A DNA stretch of 64,000 bases from Octopus sinensis. Its lineage: Eukaryota. Below are positions 26,061 to 40,100 of this stretch, in pieces. The position numbers and the translations under genes are program-made. The notes below the pieces were generated by a model. That model did not search any database. It had not been told where the DNA came from and saw only the letters and a list, made by a program, of their open reading frames with translations. The stretch spans positions 52,390,001 through 52,454,000 of the forward strand of contig NC_043007.1 in the NCBI RefSeq assembly GCF_006345805.1. The letters run 5' to 3'. The first letter of the stretch is position 1, and each line of letters opens with the position of its first letter.

Positions 26061-26274
26061 AAGATAAAAGACGAGGTCTATAGTTCATCACTCAACAAAA
26101 CTGATAGAAAACTTTACACTAAAAGAAAACATTGACAAAAGTTGATGGTATACTAAACAGATAACAGAAGAGAGTGCTTGTCATATTTAACAGAGCTGAA
26201 AACCAAGGTAATGTGAACAATGTGGCTGTTAGATCTAACTGAACATGGTTGCTGCCTTAATAAATAGAACTGTG

Positions 26275-26422
26275 TGTGTATGTGCATACATACATGTATA
26301 CATACATAAATACATAAATACATACATACATACATACATAAATACATACATACATACATACATACATACATGCATGCATGCATGCATGTATGTATGTATG
26401 TATGTATGTATGCATACATACA

Positions 26423-26453
<31 letters not shown>

Positions 26454-26520
26454 GCATGCATGCATACATACATACATACATACATACATACACACATACA
26501 TACATACATACATACATATG
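26275..26520. repeat. (TACA)n / (TATG)n microsatellite
   Basis: Direct inspection. Confidence 0.95.
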
Positions 26521-26549
26521 TAAAAAATATGAGCTTTCACCATATATTG

Positions 26550-29105
26550 ACTATAAAAATAGTCTAATATTAGGGCATAACAACCCCTACAATGGAAAAA
26601 AAATGGGCATTAGTACCTGTTGGAAAAATTCTAGTACCTAAAATTAAGAGATTAGCAAAGCGGATGTGTATGTTGGTGTAATCAGTCAACACTCTTATAT
26701 TCTATTGTCTCATGAGTCAAGAGAGTCAGAATTCTATTGTTTGTCTGCAGAGCATCCTTATTTTTTGGTGTTAGAATTGTTTTCCCACACAGATCAACAT
26801 TATTGACCAATTCCAGGTTCAAAGAATTGCCATATACTTCTTGTGTGATATCTTCAGTTACAGTCATTCTATGTGGTATTTCATGTACATTGTTACTGAT
26901 GGTTCCCTCTCCAATTTGAAGTAACTACTCATTGAATACTGTGTCAGTGCGTGATCTCATGTTGGTGGTGAGTTTGGGGGTCTTTATATATCACTACAAC
27001 AGGGAGAGTTTGAAGCAAGTTTCAATGATGTCAGTTTTGGAGCCTCTTGGCACTATACATACTATCAGACAGAAGTCTTCCCTAAGCAGATAAACTCCAA
27101 AAGGTTAACTGCTACCCATAATTGTCTTCAGAAGGATACCAATAATGTGAAATGTGTTCGGTGAGAACATTGATGTTTTATAAATTATCGTCAAAGTAGC
27201 AGTTTTTATTCTTTCTGATTCTTCTGAAGGATTTTCATAGATGACAATAATGTCTTTAGAATGAGTTGAATTCCTCTATGAACTGTTCTACCTCGGTTGA
27301 TGCATAAGAGAACACATATTTACTTTGCAAATAGCAGTAGCTGTTGAATGTATTGTAGAGGTAGGTTTTTACTTGAGCATGCAGATCCAATCAAAAAGAA
27401 AGAAGCTGTGCTCTGCATAATATCATCTAAACATTCTACAATGTTGTAACTGCTTCTTTCTGTAGTTCATTTAAGCTCTGTAATTTTATTTCATCATCAG
27501 CAGTATTGTCTGAGTAGAGTTCATTATCATTATTGATAACGTGCACAAAATCAGACAATCCCAAGTCACTATAGCATAGACTCTGCATGGAGAAAGTTTG
27601 GTGAATATCATGCAAAGTTCCTGTTAAGAGCTTCGTGTGTTCTTCCTTCTTTTACAAAATCCCTTATAAGGTGCTGCTCTGAAGATGAAATAGTGGCGGA
27701 GAGTCAGTCAGTCTGTTAAGAGCACAAATTATTGCAAATAATGCTCTTGTTTGGGTATTCTGACATGCATTGCTTTGTTGAACCTTTTACATGTACCTAA
27801 CTTGTAGAGCCCTTTACATGTAGCGACAATATTCAAAGGTGAAATCTCTCTGTTTCATATGGATGCACTGCATACATTCTTGGAACAATTTTATATCCTC
27901 CTCATAACATGTCTCCATGCTGATGTTTCCTCATTGAAGACATAACAGTATGGAATTTCTGTGCAGAGATACTGACTGGCAGCTTCATCAGTTTCATTGA
28001 GTTTGAGCAATGCAATTAGGTGAATGTCTCTATCCTGGGCCTTTTGAAGTACTTCTCTTTCATTGCCCTCTTGAAGATATACAGGCTACTGGTGTTCAAG
28101 ATGTAGTGGAAAATGAATGACAGTGATTTGTCATGTATCTTGTTCACATTGCTTCTGGTGCACTAACAAAATGTATTCGATCTTTGGACATAAAAAAGGC
28201 AATTTCATATGTTTTACAAAATCACCTTCAAAATAATCTCCTTGGAAATTCACACACATCCCCCAGCAGTTCTGCACTGCTGGTAACATCTCCGGAACAC
28301 ATTCTCTGGAATGTTATGGAGTTCTACCATTGCTTTTCTCATAGTTTCCTCTCACGACTCCCATCAGTTTGCTTTCAGCATGGTTTTCAGTTTGGGGAAG
28401 AGCCAGAATCTACATGGTGTCAAGTTGGGAGAGCAGAGAGCCTGTCAAACAGGTAGTGTGTTTTTTTTTTCCCCCAAGAAAGCTTAGATTATGAGATGCA
28501 TTCAAAAAGTATCTGACTTTATTTTTTCACTGTCACTTTCTGCATGCACAAATCTTCCTTCAAAATGGAATGCATTGATTCTGTACTTAGTCCTACTTCA
28601 GATCATTCATTAAATCTTCTCAAGTGACTCCTCGTCTCAGTTTATAGACGGCCTGCCTGAACATACCTTGCTTTCCATTGAGGTGTGGCCATGTTTGAAG
28701 CAGTTGTATCACTCCTTGATCTGAGTTTTGCCCATGGCATCATTGCCAACTACCTGCTGAATCTTCTGGATGGTTTGATCTTGAGTATCGCTAAGCTTTA
28801 GGTAAAACTTGATGCAATATCTCTGCTCAATGCATTTAGTCATCATGCATGAAGGCAAAAATCCGACGAGCACACACTACTCTAGGCATAACAGTCAGCA
28901 ACTAACACAGCCCACCAGTGCAAAAGTTTACATGCATGTACAGGAAGGGTGGTGTCACCTCCCACCCAAGGGATTTTGCCAACATGGCATTAGTTTTGGT
29001 GGGGAAAAAAGTCAAATACCTTTTGAATGCACCTCGTGTATTGATTTATTCAGTCACGTAGAAAAGCATTTTTTCTAGAACTTGCAATTAAGCATAAACA
29101 TACCC

Positions 29106-29152
<47 letters not shown>

Positions 29153-31600
29153 TGTGTGTACTTAAAAATATAGTTGACACTATTTCTAAGGGAACACATT
29201 TCTGTGTTGATGTGGCAGTTGTGCTTAAAATTGAGACGTTTGTTATTTGGTGCAACATATCTCTTGTCTAATTTGGGGGAGCAACATGGCAAATTGTGCC
29301 ACTGTAACTCCTGTAGATAGAGTATCCATCAACATTAGCAGTTGCTTCATTCCTGAAGTATTTTGGAAACTCTTTAGTGGATTTGTGGTTCTCTATACTG
29401 GAAGAGATTGGATTTGCTACACCACAGGGACCATATATTTGGCATTTTGCTTTGCACTATCATAGTGAAAGGGTTTCTGCCACTGGATTTGGAAATTCAG
29501 CACACCATTTTATCCGTTGCTATGGGATCATTGAAGATATTTTTATCTTCTAATATGATCAGAATATGAGCATGAGTAAATCACGTTTCTGGAATTCAAT
29601 GGAATAACAAAATGCCCCAAGTGTTTCCACTGCAGGATCTTGCAATCATATCTTCCAGAAGTGATTTTAATTATTATTTAAACATGCATGCAACCAAATC
29701 AGGACAATCAGAAGCACTTTGGCTTGAAAAGAGACTATTTTTTAATTTCTGGTTATGATGGTTTACATGTCATAGTAATGAAGAGGTTGGGTTTTCTATA
29801 CTTTGAGACAAATGCCATTGCATCATAGTAACATTCTTTTATGTTCATTAGTGTGAGAATGAAATTTGTTTGGATGGTGCAAACCTTCGTCTAAAACTTT
29901 TTACAGACAAGGCTGATTTCTTCAATCTTACTATCAAAACAAACACAGGTATAATAATGATAATTATTAATATATTCAAACATCAAACAAATCAGACAAA
30001 TTCAATAATGGAAAAGTGATGTTTGAGATCAGTCCAAAAATGTTTCTATGCTCATTCATTTTGGCAATGAAGTTTTCCAGGAGAATGTTCAAAGCATTTT
30101 TAATGTTACCCCACAAAAAATTTTATGGAGTGCGCTCAGACACCCTGAACTCCTTGTTCTTAAGCCTATGTTCATATTGCAAGGTGATCCTTGAAATGAT
30201 GATAAGAGTATCACAGTTCATCCTACTTGCTCTTCCCTGTTTGCTGCATTCATAAAATGATTGGCCAGTCCAGCATAGTTTTCAAACCTTAATTGTTTCT
30301 GGTGTAATCTTATGTAGTTGAGGATATTAGACTATCTACGACCCATTGGTGAAAGAATTTGCCATGATGTAGTATTGGACTAAATTCATCCCTCACTACA
30401 TTTTTGCTAGTTTTATGTTGGAGCATTGTGATATTATTCTGGCCATTAGTTCTCACTGCTTCCTTAACAACTAAAAAACTGGGTTGCCAGCATGACTCAC
30501 TGAATGGGTAAAATAATGTGCGTATCATTGGATCCAAATTTGGCTGAGGATATTGAAAATAATATGTTCCTCACCTGGATTCCTTGGATATATTTTCAAA
30601 TGGGAACACTCCATCTTCATGTCTGAACAATATAATCACTTCATCAGTAGTTGGCAAATTGTAACAATATCTATCAACAGTATAATCTCTTTTAAAAACC
30701 ATACCAACTGTTGAAACTTAGTGCTTTTACAATTGCGCATGCTCTTTCTCTTCTTGTTCTGCCTCACTTAGCATTCTGTATAACATTATATAGACATTAT
30801 TTTCTTTAATAATTCTGTCAAGATTGGCCATGATTTCAGGGATGCATGCTACATTAGCCTGATAATTGAACATAGCCATTGAAATAGTCATTGCTGAATT
30901 AACAATATAGAGTTGAGCAAACTGTCTCCCCTCTCCTTCTGATGGATGCATATTAGACATCTGATGGTACATTTGCCTATGAACTCAAAAGCAATATGGA
31001 CCATGACCTGGAGGATTAGCTACCTGAGTCTCCTTTGATGCAAATGAAAGCAATGAATTGTATGGTTTAATGTTATGCTTGAAATTTGCAAAATGAGGAT
31101 AGTCAGGCTGACTCATTACATTTTTGAGATATTCCGGAATAGGTCTTTGAGGGTGAATTTGTACCTTTCCTTTGTGGCAGCAGTTGCTGAATTTTCCATC
31201 TGCTGTTTTCTCTGCAATGAAACACTTAGCTTTGCAAAATTGACAGAATACATCTATCTACATGAATGTCTTTTCAGATACTGTTTCATTGAACATTTTC
31301 TTGCCCACGTGTATCATGTTATTTACATCATTTTTGCCTTGTTTTTTCAGCATTTTGTTGCCTTCTTACATTTGTCTTAGTGAATCCTTCTTGAGCATGT
31401 AATCTCTCATTCCATCTTCTAACATTTCTGTCATCTTCTGTTTCATTTGTATGACTTTCTTTAGCCCTATGTCTTAAATTTTCTAATCTCCTTTTCTTAC
31501 CTTTGTCAATTTCCATATTTACTCTTTGAACTGCCATGTATCTCCTTTCCATCAACCTTCTCTCTTTTCCCACTGTTTCATTTTATAACATAGTTGTATC
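26550..31600 (-). mobile_element. Fossil autonomous Helitron (Rep-helicase), heavily decayed and interrupted
   Basis: QFAQLYI (30727-30972); DPM...SPILHHGKFFHQWVVD (30310-30537); PDLVACMF and YSIEFQKR...HAHILII (~29550-29720); Pif1-like VPRGS (~27050) and ILTPKN (26682-26867), in the expected order. Confidence 0.85.
28492..29036 (-). mobile_element. Mariner derivative with TIRs and transposase N-terminal fragment, nested in the Helitron
   Basis: TIRs (T)GAGATGCATTCAAAAAGTATCTGAC / GTCAAATACCTTTTGAATGCACCTCG; minus strand EQRYCIKF...SGRPS. Confidence 0.75.
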
Positions 31601-32019
31601 TCTGATTCTTATTTTTTGTAGACTTCTTGATCTTTATTCCTCACTCTTAACATGTGGTCTAAAAGTTCTCTGTCTAGCCTCTTCCCATACTCCCTCTGTT
31701 CCTCTTCAGAAGTGTTATTCAATTTTATTTTGTATCACTGTCTTTCATGTTGCCTTTTTTTCTCAGTTTCATTCCAGTTTTCCTGTGAGCATCACAGCAT
31801 CAGGAAAAGAAGCAAAGCCAAAGGTGGATGAATGCTGTTGTCAACTATCATCGTACAGTTGGTTGTAAGAGACCTCTAGTCTTTGTTTAGTTCAAAGGCT
31901 CCCAAACTTTTTTGACCATCGACCCCAGGCATGAGCAAAAAAATTACCCCTAGTTTCAATACCAAACCCAGTATTAATAATAATAATAATGAGAAACTTC
32001 ATAAATAATATTGGTAATA

Positions 32020-32520
32020 TTAAATATGTTGAGCGATGAGTGATCCAGAAGACCTGCCATGAGTGTCACCCTTAGAAATATGGAGAAAATTCATCAGCTT
32101 GTGAACGAGAATCATTAGAGGATAATCAATGATGATTTGAAGCATTTGAGGGAGGACACTAGGCAAAAGCGACCAGATCTGTAGAACATGAAGAATTGGA
32201 TTCTTCACAATGACAATATACCCTGTCACTGAGCTCTCTTCACTTGTGTGTTTCTCACCAAAAAACAACATGGTATCACTTCCACAACTGCCCTCTTCAC
32301 CATATTTAGCACTTGCAGACTTCCATCTCTTCCCCAAGATGAAAATGCAGCTCAAGGTCACCGTTTTAACACTGTTGTTGAGATCAAGAGTGAATTGCAG
32401 AAGGTCCTCAACTCACTTGTGAAAAACGGCTTCCAGGCCAGAATCCCAAACTAGGAGGAATGCTGAGACCAGTGTATTGCTGCACAAGGCGACTATTTTG
32501 AATGAGATGATGTTAAAACT
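32020..32520 (+). pseudogene. Mariner transposase C-terminal fragment
   Basis: WILHNDN, SPYLALADFHLFPKMK, GHRFNTV, GDYFE motifs. Confidence 0.85.
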
Positions 32521-33500
32521 TAGCAGACAACTACATAGCAAATACAAGAACAACTTCATCACAAAGAACAGTAGATTACTCAGATTCTATCACCTCATTA
32601 AAACACACAAGGATAGCAACATGATCCAGATTAGACCCATCGTTTCCAGCATGGAAGGACTTCTATATAAAATATCCTGGCTCCTTTCCCACATCCTGAA
32701 GCCCATACCCTCCAACTTTCCTGGACATGTCAAGAACTCTGACAAAGTCATCAAAAGACTGCACCAACTGCCCTAGACCAACTCAGACAAAACAGTCAGT
32801 AGAGATATGTTTATTTAGTACAATTTAGTCCTTTCACTCGGTGCCAAAACAGGATACACCAGAAATGAACTTGTATGCATCCAGAGCAAGTGCAGCAGGA
32901 TAGAGAACAAGATGACCCACACCACACGCTTTCTCGAGATATTGAAAAGCAACAAGTACCCTATATCTATTGTAAATCGGCTCAAGTACTTAAGATGACA
33001 AACATGCTGAACACACAGAAAACCCAGCAACACATGCTTCCTTAAAATACCCCATTTTAGCAAGAAGATAACTACAGCCATCTGAAGAGCCATAAGAAGA
33101 GATAGATTAAACATACAACTAGCCCACTACAGCACCTCTTTGAGATGACACCTAGCAAAGAAACAAGCAAAGGACAGCAATCAATGCACACTAGCTAACT
33201 GCCCCATCCATGACACAGATTTATGCCAACGGGTAAATGTTGTGTATAGAATACAATGTAACAAATGCAACAAGTTCTATGTGGGTAGCACAACAAGACC
33301 ATTACACATTTGCATCAAAGAACATCTGAACACAAGAGCCTTCTCCTTCTGAAAACATCTAGACAGATGCTGGAACACCGATTAAAGCATAACAGTTACA
33401 ATTGAGGCCAATGCAAGAAATTTGGGTAATCAAAGAATTAAGGAAGCTATCCTAATAGACAGACTAGGGCCCCAAATTAACAACAGGCTGGAGGTTGGCA
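32520..33500 (+). mobile_element. Internally deleted PLE (RT N-terminus and GIY-YIG)
   Basis: RFYHLIKTHK...IRPIVSS; later CNKCNKFYVGSTTRPL...KEHL. Confidence 0.8.
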
Positions 33501-34135
33501 ATCAATATATTATTTAGCTACATCTGGATGTGTATAGGTTCATTTTTGATAATATGCTCATGTATTATTAAAAAAAAATGAAACTGCACGTATAATACAT
33601 AACTTAAAAGCAGCACTGCAGATATGCCAACACACATGATCTTGAGACATGGCTGCCCTCATGCACTTCTCATGAGGAATTTCAGAAGTAGCTTCATGAG
33701 ACCACTGCAAGGATGCTTCTGGAAAAGAAAATTTTCAGTAACTGTTGGAAAACTGATTATAGTAGTGACTCAATCAATTCCTAACGATATCTGAAGATAG
33801 AATTTTTATATTCTGAAATATTGTATCAGACTATGGATAATTAAATTATAACAGTTCTTATAGTCCACTCTGCATTGTTGTGCCATTCAAGACACGTTAT
33901 ATTTTAGGTAAATAAGTTATAGTTTATTAAATACTAGCTGGCCCCATGCCGTCAAAAATAACAGCTAATTGTAGTATTTTCTATATAAATAAGATACAAA
34001 ATAAGGTACATAATAATCGTAGATACAAACATTCCCTTGTACACACAGACACATACATACATACATATATTCACACAGAGTTGAAATGCTGTTTGATTTT
34101 TCTTTTCAGCATTGAATGTTCACCATCCCACTTCC

Positions 34136-34186
<51 letters not shown>

Positions 34187-35419
34187 TCACACGACTCCCT
34201 TTTATATACACCCACATATACGCATGCAGAGTTGAAACACTGTTCAATTTTTTCACTGTAGAACTTCCATCATCCCACTACCAAGTTTACCACCACCCCT
34301 TCCTTCCTTATTCATCTATCACCCCTTCCTTTCTCATTCATATGTCATGACAGAGAAATACACAAGAGTATTATTAAGGTAGATAACTAGTTCGGGAACT
34401 TTTTGATACTGCCTCATATATGTATGTGTTTATCCAAAATAGAGATGAACACCATTCCTCCCTGTAATCAGCTTGAAAAATTGTTAAAATATTAAAATAT
34501 TTTCCTATTTTTCATTACACAAAACCAACGGTAGCTTTAATTAAAATAAAGAAATTCTATCCACCAATGTGGTGTTGAGCACTCATTTTCATCATTTGAC
34601 ATGTACACACACACACACACACACACACATGCATGCATACACATATGTATGCATGTATGTGTGTATGTATGTATGTATGCATGTACGTATATACGCCTGT
34701 GTATGCATGTATGTATGTATGTATGTATATATGTATGTGTGTGTATATGCACGCACATACACACCATAAACATAAAGCTATAAACCTGTAGTGATGGATA
34801 GATGTAGAGTGACCACTCATCACAATAATATCAAATTTCAACTCCCCCCCCCCCGCCGAAGCCTGGAAGTGATTTACGACCCTCACTCCCAAAACTATAC
34901 CCTAAAACCTATTATCAGATATTTATCTCTATATCACAGAACTTTTGTTTTACTATTGTGCGTATGTATGTATGTATGTGCATATGTATGTATGTATGTA
35001 TTTATGTATGTATGTATGTATGTGTGTATGTACATACGTACGCATGTGCGTATGTATGTATACGCGCACGTATGCATGTGCCCATGTATGTGTGTGCGTA
35101 CATGTACGTGCGTATGTACATGTGTATGCCTATACGTAGGTATGTATGTATTTTTGTACTCATGTGCTACGTATGTATGTGAGTGTCTAGGAGAATGGAC
35201 AGACATGTCTGTGAGAGTGTGTACATGTGTATGTGTATGTGAACGTATGTCCGTGTACTGGCATGTGTCCGTCCAAGTTGTGTACATGACTGTTACTTTG
35301 TTGAAGGTTGTATACATATTCACATATATGTTTGTATAGACGCACACACACATATATATATATATGTGTGGGTGTGTGTTTGTTCCTTTCATCACCGTCT
35401 AACTGTGAATGGATACAAT

Positions 35420-36530
35420 GCCTAAGTGCAACTGTACGTATCAAACAACGTACGCTCATACGGTTATATATAACTGCACATACGCATTGCAACCTGTATG
35501 TAAGGACTACAAGTAAACGAGAGAGAGAGAGAGAGGGGTGGTTTTAGAATAGTCCTTCTGAATGGGATCTGGATGTTACTCCATTCGGACTTTCGGTTGA
35601 GAGTAGGTTTGTATTCTTGTATACAAACAGCTTCTGTGACCTGTCTCAACATTGCATCGGTGGGATGTGTTGATAGGATGTTCAACTTAAGTTTCCCTAA
35701 GGATCCTTTGTGGCAGTCTACAGCATGTTGGTAGAAGATGGAGTTTGGCTTCCTTTCAATGTAGTTGTCCAGGTGTTCTTTGAACCTATCATTGATGCTT
35801 CTAGAAGTCTCACCTATGTATGACTCTGGGTTAGTCGCGCAAGCTCCCTCCTGGCACTTAATCTGGTATACAGTGCCCTTGGTTTTGCAATTTACATGTG
35901 GATTTGTCGAACATACTGCACAATTACTTTGACAGGTGATTCTATCAAATGGATATGATCTGCATAATGCCGATTTGATAGTCCTACCTGTCTTTTCTAC
36001 AACTTTAATTTTTAGGCCAGTAGTGCGCAGGATTTTCTTGAATGCCTTACTTAGCTCGTTCTAAGGTGTGGCGTCAACGAACATTACTCTGTGAAATCTC
36101 CTGTTATCGTACCAAGTAACGTTTCTCATCCTTTTGTTGGTGTCCCTCTCTAACCTATTCCAGAACTTGTTGTGGTATAGGGGGCATATACCGTTTACGT
36201 CGTTCCTTAGAAGGCGTTCGAATCTAGCTTTCGCTCTTTTGTACACCCTGACTCTATCGTCTTGTGTGTATCCGGAGCGTTGCATTCGGAATATGTAGTG
36301 CTGGATGTGTTGGTGTCGTTCTTGTGGTTGGCATAGTGGTGATACATTCCTCATTACTCTAATTAAGTCTGCCACTAGGATGGCTAATCCACTAGTAATC
36401 CATAGTGACTCAGCTATGTCGGATACTGCCAAACTCAACATCCTAGTGGCAGACTTAATTAGAATAATGAGGAATGTATCACCACTATGCCAACCACAAG
36501 AACGACAACAACACATCTAGCACTACATAT
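35420..36530 (-). mobile_element. 5'-truncated PLE (RT thumb and GIY-YIG) with inverted 5' segment
   Basis: Minus strand RMQRSGY, YIGETSRS...FKEH, LRQVTEAV; hairpin 36291-36530. Confidence 0.85.
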
Positions 36531-36531
36531 A

Positions 36532-36890
<359 letters not shown>

Positions 36891-36892
<2 letters not shown>

Positions 36893-37145
36893 ACTCAGTC
36901 GAAGTTGACTCTCGGTTACTCGTTGGATCAGTGTCCTCCAGTCAGTTCTATCCTGGGCCACTTATTTCAGATTGGCTATGTCCATTCCGGTATCACTCTT
37001 GATGGTGTCAAGCCAGCGGGTTCTTGGTCGGCCTCTTCCTCTCTTTCTTGACCAACAGGACAAGATCCTCCAGATCCTTACTACTCAGGGCAGAGGAGGC
37101 ATACAGGAAAGGGAACATGAGAGAACTTTACCAACATGTAAAGAA
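36891..37145 (-). mobile_element. Short RTE LINE 3' end with an inverted upstream piece
   Basis: Minus 37050-36891 reads RGRGRPRTRWLDTIK...QDRTDWR; plus 37050-37145 reads AEEAYRKGNMRELYQHVKK (pre-RT region). Confidence 0.65.
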
Positions 37146-40100
37146 AACCCAATGGGCATGTTGGGCGGAAATCGGGTATCTTCACTGGGGTTCACGGTGG
37201 CCATGGTATTGGCACCAGAAATGATGAGGGAACTAGACTACTGGAATTCTGTGATGCATGTAACCTTTTAATCTGCAACACTAACTTCAGGAAGCCTGAC
37301 TGCCACCTTATAACATATCAGTCAGGAGACTCCGCTAGCCAAATAGACTTCATCCTCACCAGACAGCGGGATGCAGGGTCGCTCTTAAATACAAAGACCC
37401 TCCCTGGTGAAGAATGTATCCCTCAACATAGGCTAATCATCAGTGACTTTAAGCTTGAGGCCAGAAGGACTCCAAGAAACAAACCAATCCAGAAAAAAAG
37501 AAGGATTTGGAAGCTAAAGAACCCTTCAGATGGTCAGAGATTTAGGGACATCCTCATCAAGAAATTTGATGAGAGGGAGGAGGAGCTTCAGACGACGGAC
37601 ATAGAAGGTAGCTGGGAATTCCTACAGGACAGCTTGCTGAGTGCCACAGACCAAGTCTGTGGATGGTGCAAAGTCCCTTCCAAACCTAGAGTTACGTGGT
37701 GGTGGAATAGTGCAGTAGACAAAGCCATTAGTGCAAAGAGACAGGCCTGGAAAGCCTGGAGGGATGGAGGTAGCAGGGAACTGTACCAGGTAGCCAAAAG
37801 GGAGGCTGGGCAGCAGGTGTACATAGCCAAAGATGTAGCAGAAAAGAAGAAGTTTGCCAATGTCCAGCGTCGTGAGGACCAAGGTATTTCGGATTGCCAG
37901 ACAGTGTGTGAGAGAAAATAGTGATGTTACAGGAGAGAAATGTGTCCGCATGGATGATGGGGCACTTGCTTTTAATGTTGGTGAAAAAAAAGAGGCTTGG
38001 AGAAGCCATTACGAAAGACTGCTGAATGTGGAGAATGAATGGGAGGAGGAGAGCCTGCCAAATGTTGACCCAGTAGAGGGACCAGCTATCCAAATAGACA
38101 GCTCCCTTGTAGTTAAGGCAATTAAGGGTATGAAACCAGGTAAAGCCCCCAGCCCATCAGGTATCACTGCTGAGATGCTTAAAACAGCTGGTTATGTGGG
38201 CTATGGCCTAGTCACCCGCATTGTAAACCAGGTAGTTCACAATGGAGTCATACCCAATGACTGGCATAGCAGCACCATAGTCAACTGCTACAAGGGTAAG
38301 GGTGATGCTCTAGATAGAAATAACTACAGGAGTATTAAACTGTTAGATCAGGTGATGAAGGTCACAGAGAGGGTCATAACCCACCTCATTAGGGAGAGAA
38401 TTTGCTTAGATGAGATGCAGTTCGGTTTTGTGCCGGGTAGAAGCACCACTGATGCTATATTCCTGGTCCGACAACTGCAGGAGAAGTACCTAGCTAAAGA
38501 TAAACCCCTCTACATAGCTTTTGTGGACTTGGAGAAAGCCTTTGACAGGGTCCCCCGATCCCTTATCTGGTGGTCGATGCGGAAACTGGAGATTGATGAA
38601 TGGCTAATAAGGGCTGTACAGGCTCTATACAGAGAGGCTGTCAACAAGGTTAGGATTGGCAATGAATATAGTGAAGAATTCCAAGTAGAAGTAGGTGTAC
38701 ACCAAGGCTCAGCCCTCAGCCCCTTTTTATTCAACATAGTCCTCCAGGCAATAACAGAGGAATTCAAAAGAGGATGCCCCTGGGAGCTCCTATATGCTGA
38801 TGACCTGGCTCTCATAGCAGAATCACTACCGGAACTAGAAAAGAAATTTCAGGTGTGGAAGCAAGGGTTAGAATCAAAGGGCCTTAGAATAAATGTAGCA
38901 AAGACCAAAGTAAGCAGAAAGACGAACTCAGCACACACACCCTCAGGCAGGTGGCCCTGCTCAATCTGTAGGAAAGGTGTAGGTAGAAACTCCATAAGAT
39001 GCACCCAATGTAAGCTATGGACGCATAAGAGGTGCAGCAACATCAAAGGAAAATTAACTGATAAGATAGCTTTCATGTGCGGCAGATGCACAGGGACAAT
39101 AGACACCACAGTCACTCAGAAAACAGATTCCATCACACTCCAGGGGGAGAAACTAGATAGTTTCTGCTACCTGGGTGACCAAGTTAGTAGTGGAGGTGGA
39201 TGCTCAGAGAGTGTCACCACTAGAATACGAATAGCCTGGGCAAAGTTCAGAAAGCTCCTACCCCTACTGGCGACAAAGGGTCTCTCGCTCAGAGTGAAAG
39301 GTAGATTGTATGATGCATGTGTGCGAACTGCCATGCTTCACGGTAGTGAAACATGGGCTGTGACTGCAGAGGACATGCGTAGACTTGAAAGAAATGAAGC
39401 TAGCATGATCCGCTGGATGTGTAATGTCAGTGTGCACGCACGACAGAGTGTAAGCACCCTGAGAGAAATGCTGGACATAATAAGCATCAGATGTGGTGTG
39501 CAAGAGCGACGCTTGCAATGGTATGGTCATGTACTGCGGATGGATGAGGAGAGATGTGTGAAGAAGTGCCACTCCCAAACAGTTGAAGGTATCAAGGGGA
39601 GAGGTAGACCTAGGAAGACATGGGATGAGGTAGTCAAGCATGACCCCAGAGCATTGGACCTCAGAGCGAAGGACCGAAATCTCTGGAGATATGCTGTGAC
39701 TACAAAGACCTGGGTTGCTTCCTGCACCAGTTCCGCATAGCCCCTGCCCATTCAAAGTACCCTGGATTCCAGAACGTCATGCTGTGCTTGAGGAGACCTG
39801 TTAAGTCAAGTACATGAACATGAACATCGAAATAAATATCAATGGAAATAGTAGTTGTGATGCCTGTGCCGGTGGCACATAAAAAGCACCATCCGAACGT
39901 GGCCGTTGCCAGCGCCGCTCCGATTGGCTTCTGTGCTGGTGGCACATAAAAAGCACCATCTGCACGTGGCTGTTGCCAGCACCGCCTTGGCTGGCTCCCG
40001 TGCCGGTGGCACGTTAAAAGCTCCAACCAATCATGGCCGATGCTGGACCCCCCTGGCACCTGTGCAGGTGGCACGTAAAAAGCACCCACTACACTCGTGG

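Noticed and set aside
33680-33760. Expected hammerhead downstream of the PLE at 32520-33500
   Set aside because: No intact CTGANGA or GAAAC found
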